DNA from: the human T2T-CHM13v2.0 reference genome, Homo sapiens
DNA length: 64,000 nt
Direction: 5' to 3' (one strand)
Assembly (NCBI RefSeq): GCF_009914755.1
Contig: NC_060926.1
Below, piece by piece: positions 1 to 23,056 of this stretch. The first letter of the stretch is position 1, and each line of letters opens with the position of its first letter. The position numbers and the translations under genes are program-made. The notes beneath the pieces were generated by a model. That model searched no databases. It was given only the letters and a program-made list of their open reading frames with translations, and had not been told where the DNA came from.

Positions 1-1826
1 CACGAGAGGAGTATATTGGGCACTCAGAATGTTTGGAATTTGCCTTTTAAGTTGAACAAAGGATGGAATTAGTGGTGAGTTGCCTTTAGGTGCCCTCCAA
101 CTCCAAGGCCAAGTTCCTGGGCAGTGGTGGGAAAGATGAGCTGTTTCATTATGAATTCCTGAGACCCTGTTCCCTAGCACATACCTCCCTTTTCACAAGG
201 CAAGAAGGTTAGTAAATTGGGAACACAGTAAAATAAAACACATAGACTAATTAGCCCAAAAAAATTTTAGGATTCACACAAATTAGGAACTCAGGGATTC
301 ATCTGTGAATATTGTCCAATACCCTAGTGACAGTGGGAAGATGACATTTTCTGGACTTTGTAGAGACTTTTCTTTAACCTTATCTAAGCTGATGAGAAGC
401 TAATGAGACACTGCTGTTCTCGTATGACACAGCCTCCATGGAAGACGAGCTCTCTTTCGTACACCACTTGAAAATGGCCATTTAACTACCTGGCTAATTC
501 AATAACATCCAGAATAAGGTCCCCAAAAGTACTATTGATAAAAGAAAGATTATCAAAATGTTGCTTAAGGGTTTTTTTTCTTTAACCAGTTCAGTCACAG
601 ACAACAAATGGTACTCGTATTCGTGGAAAAGCCACTATGTGCAGAGAGTCTTAGATGACTCAAAAGAAAAATTAGGAGATTTTGTTCCTAAGATTACATT
701 ATTTAGAATTAAGTTTCTTGAGCTGGTGCTAATTGAATGAGTGAAATATCATTTAATATCCTTCTTGATAACATTAGCGGAATGTCTATTTTCTCAGAAA
801 AATAGTTGTATCCAAAAACAAGCATTCTCTTTGAGAATCGAAAATCAGGTCGGGATAAACAAATACCAAGTCAGGGCATGATTTGTGTAACTCAGGTGTT
901 TGTGAGACACCTCTTACCCTTGTACCGAATGGGGATTTATGAGACATATATTCACATAACATTGTTTCTTCAAGAAGATACATTGTACAAACATCTATTC
1001 CATTCAGATACCACCTGAAAATCTACCATGTCATGCTCTTATTCAGGGAGTGGCAGGAGATAGAGTTGGAACCAGCTCCTCTTTCATTTTCCCATGAGCC
1101 TGGGAATGTATTCCTGAGAATGTTTTTCCCTCCTCTACATAGCAAGGGGTCTTTGGGACAGTGTATGGCATGGGGGTAGGGTCACACATGATTATGCTTT
1201 TTTATTGCACCCTTTGCTGCTGAGTTGTAAGGTCAGAGGAGAATTTATCAAATAGTGAACCGCTCAACACCTTGTAAATGAAAGTATGACAAGTATAGGA
1301 AGGTGCCTAGAATAATTTTGGGTAGAACAGCAGGCAGACATAGGCATGAAGGGAAGTGTTAATTACCAGTTGGAAAAAGGTTGAAGTGAGAAAGGGTATG
1401 AAAAATGAATTAGGTCTCCTTTTCAATTTTTCCTGTAGTCGATCCCATGGACTAGTGATGCAGAAATAGAGAAGCTGTTCTAACTACTGTAAGCAGGGAC
1501 AAGAAGGTAAAGAACATTTCATTTCAGGCTGCTAGATTTTGGCACTGAGAATTAAAATGCAATTACACAGTTAAAAAAATCCAGATTGTAAGCCCAAGGT
1601 CATTTAACTTGAGAAAGATCCTTTTAAAATAAAGAACTACTGGGAAGTATTTTATGGAGAAAACAGGGCACAGGGGCTTGGCCTGGGAAATCGCTCATGT
1701 ACCCGATTTGCTCCTAGTCAAAAAGGGACAATAATATCTGTTCTGTTTTTTCACAGGCTTGTTGAGAAGCAAGTAGGATGAGGCACATGGAGGCACTTTG
1801 TGACAATAAGACATGAAAATCCTACC

Positions 1827-2712
<886 letters not shown>

Positions 2713-3390
2713 GTTATTATTAATTTGAAATCTTTTAAAACGAGTCTACTTTTAAATTATGGAAAATTGAGCTTGAAGACATTGGGAGACAGATTCATGC
2801 CTTACTCTTAATAGCTAAGATTCTACCGCAGTTAATGGTAGGTCTTAGAGATATAGAATTAGAGTGATAGTTACTATTAATTTTGATGTTGGCCAAGGAT
2901 CTCTTCCCTAGCTTTATATTTCTGGTAGGTGGAGAATAATAAATAAAAAGTCTTCCTAACACGAACCTGTTTGGAAGGGAATTAAAAATGCCTTCTCTTG
3001 GCCTGTTTTAGATGTCAGTGTGGCCTCACTTTGGTTTCTGTTATATATCAGGTTCTTCTTTCTTTCTTTTATTTAAAGGATCACTATCAAGAAGTTTGTC
3101 CCAGAGCAAGAAAACACCAAAAAAATAACAGACTCTAAAAAAGTTCCCATCCCCTCAATTTACTTTTCTCACTACCACCTACTAGCCAAGACAAAGTAAG
3201 GATCAAAGAAACGCTAAGTATATTATATTTACACAGGTGGAAGATTTCAATGTTCTAGCCGCAATTTTAAGATCAAGAACAGTCAGGATCAAATAATTCA
3301 AATGGACAGGGGTTTACTGAGCATTTACTGAGTTTCCAGTGGTGATGAAAACACAAAGCTTTCTTGTTTTCCAAACCTGGTACATGATAC

Positions 3391-3575
3391 CTTTTCAATT
3401 CTGTTTTCCTGAGATTTCTTAAAGTAGATGGTGGGAATCCCCAGTTCAGAGGCAGCTATCCACTGCAGAGTGGCTCGGAGCTCGGCATCTGGACACTCTG
3501 GCTCCAGGTCAAAGTTGATCACCAGCAGGCTCCTCTGGGGGCTGGCTGTTCCCGTAGGCGGTCCAGATGCAGGTG
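3391..3575 (-). CDS. SPHKAP: SPHKAP coding exon (exon 11), AKAP110-like C-terminal domain (LLVINFD...LRATLQWIAASELGIPTIYF)
   Basis: 185 nt, cag|CACCT...AAG|gtatc, phase 1-0; motif shared with AKAP3/4/11 C-termini. Confidence 0.95.
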
Positions 3576-3664
3576 CTGAGAACAGACACAACCACAGCCT
3601 TATCCTTCTTTCCAAAGGGACAGCCCAGGCAACTGTGTGTCAAAAGTATGGGAAGGTGGCTTAC

Positions 3665-3717
3665 CCTCTGTGCTTTCTGACTGTCCTTTAAGAATCTTCT
3701 TTTCTTCTACTAATTCA
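3665..3717 (-). CDS. SPHKAP: SPHKAP coding exon (exon 10), ELVEEKKILKGQSESTE
   Basis: 53 nt, aag|TGAA...GAGG|gtaag, phase 2-1. Confidence 0.92.
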
Positions 3718-5924
3718 CTTTGGGAGAAAACAACAGTATATGGTTGGTAATGTTTAGAAGAATAAGCTGTAAATGAAAGATGAGGCGATGGGTCTTACTG
3801 ATCTAAAAGCTTCTGAAGTTCATTCTGGATTTATTGTTTTTGTAGAGTAGAGTAATGCTGGGAAAACACCAATGTGGCTATTATGTAAGATCACTGGGTC
3901 TGCAATAAATGTCCTCCTCCAACAACAACAACAGGCCAGATAACTCAAGTTACTTTAGTTAGGATAGCTGGTGTGGGAGACTGAGAGATGCAACCTTCTC
4001 TTCAACCTCCTTACCATAAACTTTCATAGGTTTAAACAATGAAAGAGAGATTTTGTGGGTAACTAGTTCTGATTTGGAGATTTATTCTTTTGCATTTTAC
4101 TTTCATCTTAATGAATCATATGTTCCCATCTTGTCACAATTTTTTTTCTATACTACAATAGCAACATAGCTTTTATTTTATTTAAAAAATAATTTTACAT
4201 GTATATGGTTCTTTGATCTGAAATAAGAAAAAAGACAACCAACAAACTGCAGAACTTAAATTTGACAGCAAAATATCACAATTAAAGTTTTTCTTTTTCT
4301 TTCTTCTTATTGGGGAAGTGTAGCAGGCTGGGTGGTTTAGAATGAGGGACTCATAACTGAAGTATTTCATTAGATATGGTAGAGTTTAATATTGGAGGTG
4401 TTTTCATATGGTGTGTACTTATTACAGAACCTTGCATGTAGTGGGAGGACTTGGTAAATGTTTCTAAAGTAAGAACATATGGCCAGCAGCTGAAAGGAAG
4501 TGGCTATCCTGGGAAGCCTGTGGTTGTCCTATATTTTTGTCGTGTCTAGAAATTAGAGTACAGGAGCCCTCAAAAATGTGTTGTTTGACGATAGATGATT
4601 CTCTCATTCTGCTACTGCTAAGATATGGCTGAAAAATTCCATTGTGTTCCTGATGTTGAGAGAAAGAGTATAGTAATTCTTTCATTCATACTTATTTATT
4701 TGCAGAAATGCTAATTTTTCAAGGATCTAGATTTTCTTCTAGATCTCTATGCAAGTGACATAGGGGGTATGACAAATGGGAGGCACAGTTTCTGCTGTTT
4801 TGGAGCTGCAGGATGCTGACCATGGAGGTGATTTCTTGGCTTCCTCAGAATACAGATTTTCCCTGGGGTTGTAGGGTCATAGGCTCATATTGCAGAGAAA
4901 GTTGGGAAAAGTAGCTAAATAAATGTTTCCTGAAAGAGAAAAATAAATTTACCCCAAGGTAGTTTTTGTTTGTTTTGGTTTTTGGTTTCTCCTTAAAACA
5001 AAAGAAAAGAAAACAAAACAAAACAAAAAAACAAGATAATGTGTATGCTCATCTCTACTTGTGAATAATGGCTGTGTGGAGCCACAAAGGAACCACTGTC
5101 ACCCTCAATCACTGAGGAGCACAACTAGTTAAATGGTGAAATAAAAGTGCTGTAGTTATAGATAGTGATTGAGAAAATAGGTCAGGGAACAACTTTAGCC
5201 TATACTTATTTATCATTGCTCTGAAATTTCAGAAATCTCCAAATCATAAGCTAAATCACAATGGTCAAAAATAGATTTCAATCATTTTAATTTTCCAGAA
5301 TAACCACATATTCTAGAAGTAGTCCCGACCTCATGCTGCCCTCTCTTTTTGCGCCATATTTTAGGATGTATGTACTTCCTAAAAGTACCTGTCCTTCTCT
5401 AAGTCCTTTTTTCCTTCTTAAGGAAGTCCCCATATTGTGGAGAGCATAGTCACGGGGTGGGAATGACACATATCCATCATGACAACCATGTAATATTAGA
5501 CACATTTAGTAGTGATAATCCCAGGTTTCTACATGTAAAGGAAAAGCCATTCACATTTGATTTTATTGAAATGATTATGTTTTATAGTGAAGACTATTGA
5601 GTAGTCCTCTTTAGTTGGCATGGTATAATTTAAATGGGTTCTTGCTTCTGTTTCTAGGTAGGTAAAATGACATACACTTCAGATTATATTGATAAGTTTT
5701 ATCTGAAATGATTATTTCACAGGGGGCAGATTTGAAACCCAGAAAGCAGGTGGTGGTAGGGCAGGGCCTATTCTAGGCTTGAATTCTTCCTCCAGTGACA
5801 TGGAACCACAGCAGTACAGACATGATGAGGTCAGTGGTTGGGCACAACCTGAATGATCAAAATGGATTGCCAGATGGAATTGGAGTAGTGGTCTCACAAT
5901 CACTGCATCTCAGTGGCTACTTAC

Positions 5925-6011
5925 TTAATCATGGGAGAAGATGGCATGCTTTCCTGATAAATGTCCAGATCCATAATGCCAAGACTGCTAGTGGCACTAC
6001 TGTTGCCATTG
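5925..6011 (-). CDS. SPHKAP: SPHKAP coding exon (exon 9), NGNSSATSSLGIMDLDIYQESMPSSPMI; probable cassette exon
   Basis: 87 nt, cag|CAAT...ATTAA|gtaag, phase 2-2; its 29 codons match the size difference I recall between the two annotated isoforms. Confidence 0.9.
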
Positions 6012-6250
6012 CTGACAAAGCAAAAGTTTACATATTAATGCCCGTCTCCACCCTCTAACATGCTGCTGACAGTGATGTTCCATTGTTGTACAAGCTCCTT
6101 CCTTTGGTCCCCAGAAAAATATCGCTTTGTGCCTAGGACACCTCAATTCATATTTATTTCTGAACAAATTAAGAGAAATCATAATGAGACATAGGCCTAA
6201 CCAGCTCAGCAGATAATAATAATACTAATAATAATTTGTGAATAATAATA

Positions 6251-6286
6251 AGTTGTGATACCACTTTCTGAAGTGGTATCACAACT
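6251..6286. repeat. Perfect inverted repeat, 16-bp arms, 4-nt spacer
   Basis: AGTTGTGATACCACTT-tctg-AAGTGGTATCACAACT. Confidence 0.97.
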
Positions 6287-7899
6287 GGTAGATCACACCT
6301 AGGGGGTAACAATCAGTCTGCCTCTTTTCTTCATTCTAGTTACGGTGAAGGTATTTATCTATCGGCAAGAGATTTCTTGCTGCTGGGGACACCTGCAGAG
6401 ATGAAGGAACTTCTGAAAACATGGGCTGGCAGGAACCAGTTTTGACAGAAACCAGTGGACTCATGTTCTCCCTTTGACATTTGGGGGATTTTCTCAGGGA
6501 CATTCCATAGGATTTCATAGGCTGAGCATCTGGCTTGCTATTTTCCCATGAGACTACAGAACCATAAGTACAAAGCTGGGCAATGTCAATGTTTTATCAC
6601 TCCTTTATCTTACAATCTTCAAGAAAGAGCAACACCTGGTACCTTTTTTACTGTAGAGAGGGAGGACCACAGATTGCATCATGTTCATAGGCTGCACAGT
6701 CAACATATGGTCTAGTTACTAGCCTGGAACTTACTGACTGAAACACAGCAAAGTTGAGCCAATTTTTAGGCTCTGTTTGTGCTTGTGAAATGAAATATAT
6801 CCAATTTTACCAAACCACTCAGTCTCCTCACACCTTCTCTGTTTCCAGTGATGTCTCTTTCAAGCAAGTCTTCCAAAGGGTGAGTGGTGGTGCATCGTGT
6901 AGTGGGACGGCTTTCTCCTGGATATACCAAGAGTAGATGGTACTCTAAAAGTAGAAAATATCAACTGGATGCCCTCGAATTTAAATTCTTGTCTTAGCTT
7001 TTGAGGGGGGCACCAGGCATATTCATGTATTGAAACCTGATGGCTCAAAATTGCACTGGAGATAATCAACCCTATAAACCTTATTGTTGAGTCCAAAGAT
7101 TCGAGTTCTCTTTGCTTTTTGTTTCTATCTTGTAATACTTTCCGCTAGTTTTAGAAGTTTTGACAAACTCTTTAACATTGTGAAATGTTAAGTCTAAACA
7201 GACTAAACTCCCAGAAATAAAACTTTCCAAGAGTCATACATACACCCAGATGCTGATCCCATTTTCCATTTGGCCTCTGTGCAAAGTTTGTGGTTCAGTA
7301 TCAAATGAGATTTTGGGCAGAAACACAGGGAGTCTTTTAGAGGTTCCACCTCAGCAAGGAATAGATTTTAGTTAATGTCTCCTGACTGGCTTGAGCCCTT
7401 CCAAATCTGATGTCTCTTAATCTCCTCTCTAGCTTTTTGGGAGGAACAATACAGAGGGCAGGGGAGATAGAGGGAGGAACAGTCAGGCCAAACAATACAA
7501 CACAGTGTGGAAACACTTGCCTCGTGTAAACCCAGCCTGTGTTGCATCTGAAATACAAATGAACCAGAGACAGAGTATCAAACACACCAGGTGTAAAAGC
7601 AGCTCACCATTTAAAAACATTTACAGTTGTCATCATTGAATGTTCTAGCTGGGGCTTGCAGGGAAGGGAACACAGCTCATTCTTAATCACGGCCAAAGTA
7701 ATTTAAGCCATAACTGGATATTAAGATACCTCTCAGCACAAATCATGACAGGCAGGCCCCTCGACATAGTGGGAACTTTCCTTTTTTTGTTCTCTCCTTC
7801 TCTCTTTATTAGGGACCCTTTGCAGAGAACCATTAAAATGCATTTTTAGAATCTGTGTTGAGACCAATTTCCCTGGGAATTCAAGGGAAGAGCAGGTAC

Positions 7900-8085
7900 C
7901 TCATGGATCGCTCACTGAGCTGGAGAAAGCTACTTGTGTCATCTGGGTTGTCTTCCTCATTGGCAAGCTGGGTCCAGCTGCCTGTGCTCTCCTCGCTGCT
8001 GCTTGGAGGGTTGGGGGCCTCATCGGGGGCTCTGGCTTCTGTGGAGGCTTCAGCCTCTGGTACATCTCTGGTATCAAGGCTGTCA
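7900..8085 (-). CDS. SPHKAP: SPHKAP coding exon (exon 8), DSLDTRDVPEAE...STGSWTQL...LSERSM
   Basis: 186 nt, cag|TGAC...ATGAG|gtacc, phase 2-2; continues the exon 7 frame. Confidence 0.95.
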
Positions 8086-8121
8086 CTGTAGAGGGCAAGA
8101 TATTATTACCAAGAGAGGCAG

Positions 8122-8139
8122 CACACACACACACACACA
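8122..8139. repeat. (CA)9 microsatellite, (UG)9 in SPHKAP pre-mRNA
   Basis: Read directly; lies 37 nt upstream of the exon 8 start. Confidence 0.95.
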
Positions 8140-8389
8140 GAAACTTCACAGAGCCACTTTGTAGAGTCCCAATAAACAGGATGTCACTGGACACAGGCAG
8201 AGTCTCCCTGGGCTGATCCTTCTGCTGGTGCCCTAGGTCCCATTTGCCTTTTCAGGATTACTCCCCATCAGCCAGCTTTTCCATCTCTTCTATTAATCTC
8301 TTTCTACTGACTCCCTCCAATCATTTGAAAAACAGGTTGAATGTATGTAGCCTGGCCTACACACAAAAGAATTATTGAGGGACAATGAT

Positions 8390-8520
8390 GTTTAAAAAGA
8401 AGATACACAAAGCATTCACCCGAGAGATTATGATTCAGTGTTTCTGGAAGGAGGTCCACAAATCTGCATTTTTATCAATCACTCCTGGTTGATTCTAATG
8501 CAAGAGGATCATTAGAAAAA
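8390..8520. mobile_element. MER5-like hAT DNA transposon remnant
   Basis: 'gagattatgattcagt...aatctgcattttta...tcctggttgattctaatgca'. Confidence 0.6.
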
Positions 8521-8538
8521 TACCTACCCCGTTTCTGG

Positions 8539-8580
8539 TGCTTTTTACCAAGTCATTTTGCACTGACTTGGTAAAAAGCA
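8539..8580. repeat. Perfect inverted repeat, 17-bp arms, 8-nt spacer
   Basis: TGCTTTTTACCAAGTCA-ttttgcac-TGACTTGGTAAAAAGCA. Confidence 0.97.
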
Positions 8581-8879
8581 AGACGCCTCTATATTTTGAT
8601 ATGCATGCCTCTGTATTTTGCACTTGCACTATATTTTGTGCTGTATTTTACCCTATCTCCTCCCTCTGAAACCCCTGATTTATATCAGCACCACTCTTCT
8701 GGATGAGCACTTGCATTTTTAGACCAAGGAGCTCTCCAGAGCATTTAACCCTTGATCTGACAGGCCTTTGTTCTTGAAGCTTCTCCTCCCTGGCCTCCTG
8801 TGAATTTCTGTCTCTCTGGTCCCTTCTTGCCTGGAACCCAGTTGTCTGTTTTTCCTTTAAGTGTAGCTATAGCTGGCTC

Positions 8880-9920
8880 TGATTGATTTCCTGTCCTCCT
8901 TTCCACAGTCGGTTCCTAAGCAATCTCATCCACTTGCCTGTCTGTGAAAATAGCTTCCAAGTCTGGATCCCAGCCAGGACCCTTCTTCTGGATTCTGGGC
9001 TCCTTTACAAGCGGGTCTTCTGCATATCTCATTAACATCTCAAAATCAATACATCTAAAACGAATTCTAATTGCCTTCCCACCCTCTTCCTGGGCTTCTT
9101 ATTTCCATTGACTTTTCTGTGTGCCTAGGCTTAAAATCTTGCAGTCTTCCAATTTCTCCTCTTTGCCCTTTACATTCAATAAATTTCTTTGTTCATTCAG
9201 TTCCAACTCAAAAGCTTTCACAATTACTTTTAATGGCAAAACCCTCAATTACTGTTACACCAACATACTTTAATTTGTCTTTCTAAATTGCTATAATTCC
9301 AGATTTGGAAGGAAGATTTCCTGTAGATGAAGATCCAGAAGCCCAGTGAGATTGGAGGGCTTATCCTGAAACAGGAGTTGGTACTAGACATTTAGACCTT
9401 GTGTGCTTGCCTGGACTATAGTGCACCAGCCTTCCAACGGTTGTGCTTCAACTAGTCATCCACTTTCAAAACCTTCTTAACCCTGGTGCCAGATTAAAGT
9501 ACCTAAAGCATATTGTTGGTTGCTCTTGTCAGGAGCCTTCAGGAACTTCCTGAAGCCAAACTCTATCCGTTGTGGGCTCCCCCTGCTTATCAAGTTTCAT
9601 GTGCCTCAACCCTAATCACTATTTAACAAACAAAACTATCTACTGTTTTTCAAAACTGCAGGGATTTCTTGCCTCCCAGCCTTTGCCTAGTTGAGTCTTC
9701 TGACCAAATGGTGGAGAAGTGTGTGCTTCGAGCATACATTCTGCCATCCAACTGCTGTAGATTCCTGTTCCACGACTTGTCACCTGTTCAACTTAAGTTA
9801 ATAAATCTCTCCAAGAAAAGTAACAACATCTCATAAAGGTTTTTGGAAGACATAAATTAGAAAAAAAATCATTTAATGCATTTAGCTTAGTGCCTGTATA
9901 TAAGTATCCAATAAGTATTC
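8880..9920. mobile_element. Degraded L2 followed by a MIR remnant
   Basis: L2-like 'acatctcaaaatcaatacatctaaaacgaattc'; MIR-like 'atttagcttagtgcctgtatataagtatccaataagt'. Confidence 0.45.
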
Positions 9921-10388
9921 TTCTTTATTAATAAATTATATAATTCATTAAGTCTAATAACATGCTTTTGTTAAGAATCACGTCTAATAACACGCTGTTT
10001 TGATCTTTGCTTCTCACTACCCCTCAAGCCTCAGCCAAGACACTCCCACCTCCCCAAGGCCTTTCTTAATCTTTTTAGCTGGAGCTCTCTCCCTTGAATG
10101 GTTGAAGCAATCTATTTTTCTTTCTTTTTGGTGAAATGGAAGGCTTCCTGAGTCACATTCTAGTACATATAGTTATTTGTGTATATAATATTCGTTATTA
10201 AGAGTGTTTGCACTTGTTTGTATTTTAAGAACAGAGCTGTGAACACATAAACTATTCTTCAGATGAATATGTTATTGCTAAAAGTGTCTAGTTTCATAAG
10301 CAGAGCCACACTCTTAGTCTAGAGAGCTCCACTTGTTAAGTTGTAAACTGTGAAAGATCTGAGATGTGGCACTACTTGCAAGCTGGTA

Positions 10389-10725
<337 letters not shown>

Positions 10726-10959
10726 TGAGTGCCCTTTGCTCAGGAAACTCTGATGTACAGAAATGTAAACGTGTTCATGGAAATTTGTCTGCAGACTACT
10801 TACAAGGTCATCAAAAACTAACAGTATTTATGTTTTTGACATTAACAGACATAAATGACTACAAACAAAAAGCAACAGCATATTTTGCTATTGACAGTAA
10901 AAACAGTCACTTGATCTAGTAGATGCTGGATTGTTTTACTTCAGGCCATGGTACCCTGA

Positions 10960-11327
10960 CTGTGGAGAATACAGGCTGCTGACTGTACACACTGGGAATT
11001 ACCCTCAGTGAAGGAATTGCCTTGCCAAGGTTAGACCCTTTCCCGGTGAGGATCCTAATGTCTGGCTAACATAGAGATACAAAATCCCACTCCTTGCTTC
11101 CATTTGCATCAAAACTGACAGACCATCCCATCTTCCGGGTTTCCTGCAGGATGTGCCGAGGCCTCAGTTGCAGACACACTTGGGAAGGACCTCTCCTCTT
11201 GGCCAATCCTGCCTTTCCCACTTCCTTACATGGGTATGCATATATTTCTGCAGAGAACTCCCTGACAAATTATCTGCCTGCAGCTCTCCCTCTCAGAGTC
11301 TGTTCCCAGGGAATACAACCTAAGACA
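10960..11327 (+). mobile_element. ERVL LTR (LTR16-like) remnant
   Basis: 3' end 'ctctcagagtctgttcccagggaatacaacctaagaca'. Confidence 0.55.
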
Positions 11328-12338
11328 GGTGGCCTCTTTCATTTAAAGTAAAATATTGGCTGCAGAAAGGTCTATGTAATTTTCCTCAATCTTAGAATTA
11401 GTACTGTTATCCGTTCTCTGAGAATGGTTATATTTTAAAAATTTAAAAAAGTTCTCATATAGAGAGCAGAGTTTCAAATGCATAACTTTTTGAGTGTGAT
11501 TAAAAATCTCCTTTTTGATGTGTGAACTTGTCACCTAAGGAATTTTACAAAAGGCTTTGGATGCTTGATCCTGACAGTCCTTCTCACAGTGTTCTGGGTA
11601 GGTTTGGCATTGAGGTGTGGTTATTTCCAGTATGCTATGCTGCTAACACTTTGTGAAAGAAGGTCCTTGCTTGGTTTTTCTTGTTGAAATATTGAGATTT
11701 TTCCAAATCATGTAGGGAGGAAGGAGGAGAATGGTGCAGCCAAAGAGGCAGCATGGACTTAAATTCAAATGAAAAAAAAGTTCATTGATGACAAATGGAA
11801 ATAATACATATATCCCCAACACAGTGCAAATGAGCCAAGAACCAGATACAAAGGAGAAGATTCCCAAACCATTCACTTGCCTAGGTAAAAAGTCATTTCC
11901 TGGACCAATTTCTTATTAAGTTAGAATCTCATGTTATTAGAAACATTTATTCCAGGCTATTTCTTACTAAAGAAGTTAAATCTCAGTGATTGACATCCAA
12001 CATCCTTATTAAAAAATGAGTCTGTCAGTGTATTTTACTTTATCTCAACTTCATGCTCTATTTAAAGTAAATCTCACATTCCATGTCACATAACTAGGAG
12101 TTCAGAATGAATAATCATTATCCACAACACTAGTTTTCATTTTGAGAGAAATTGAAATTTACAGTTCTGCTCATTTATTTATGAATAATGCACAGAGGTG
12201 TTGTGCAGATGCATGCAGATGGCTTCCCCCTTCTTATCTTACATGTCATCCACAGAGATTCAGAAGACTATGTCATATCAAATTCCATCATAGAATCTAA
12301 TCTCTCAGTTGGCAGAGATTTTAGAGACCATCTAGCCT

Positions 12339-19548
<7,210 letters not shown>

Positions 19549-19574
19549 CTTTTGATCATTTTTCAAGTTTTGTA

Positions 19575-20380
19575 CTATCCTTAATGGACAAATAATAATT
19601 ACATCCATTTATGGGGTACGATACAATAATTTGATATATGTATATACTGTGGAATGATTAAATTGGGGTAATAAGAATATCCATCATGCCAAATATTTAT
19701 ATTTTTGATGAGAACATTTAAAACCTTCTCTTTTAGCTATTTTGAGATATATCATACATTATTATTAACTGTAGTCACCTTTCTGTGCAATAGAGCACCA
19801 GAACATGTTCTGTCTAACTATAGCTTTTTACCTATTGACTAGAATTTTCCTTTCTCTGTCCACCTCCCCCAGTCCCCAGCCTCTGGAAATCATCATTTTA
19901 CTCTCTCCTTCTATGAGTTTGACTTTTTAAGATTCCATACGTGAGATCAGACTGTATTTGTCTCTCAGTGCTTGGCGTATCTCATTTAACATAACATCCT
20001 CTAGGTTCATTCATGTTGTCACAAATGACAGAATTTCCTGATTTCAAAATATATTACAAAGCAATAGTAATTAAAACAGGATGGCAATGGCATAAAAACA
20101 GACACATTGACCAGTGTAATAGGATAGAGATTCCAGAAAGAAACCCACATATCTATGATCAACTGATTTTTGACAAAGGTGCCAAAAACACATAATGAAG
20201 AAAGGATAGTCTCATCAATAAATGGTGTAGGAAAACTGGATATCCACATAGAGAAGACTAAAAATGGACCCTTTTCTCACCTCTTATATAAAAATCAACT
20301 AAAAATGGATTAAATACTTAAATGTAAGGACTAAAAGTATAAAACTACTAGAAGAAAACATAGCTGAAAAACTCCTTGAC
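19575..20380. mobile_element. Old L1MA insertion with 5' inversion (minus 3' end to about 20038, plus ORF2 segment to about 20380)
   Basis: L1MA 3' end in reverse, then a strand switch at 'aatttcctg' into [10 protein letters not shown]...DQLIFDKG. Confidence 0.75.
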
Positions 20381-20399
20381 TTAAACTGATTTAAAAATG

Positions 20400-22620
<2,221 letters not shown>

Positions 22621-22624
22621 ATTA

Positions 22625-23056
<432 letters not shown>

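Noticed and set aside
7901-8194. 97-aa minus-strand ORF over exon 8
   Set aside because: Alternative frame of exon 8; relevant only as the frameshifted product of exon 7 skipping
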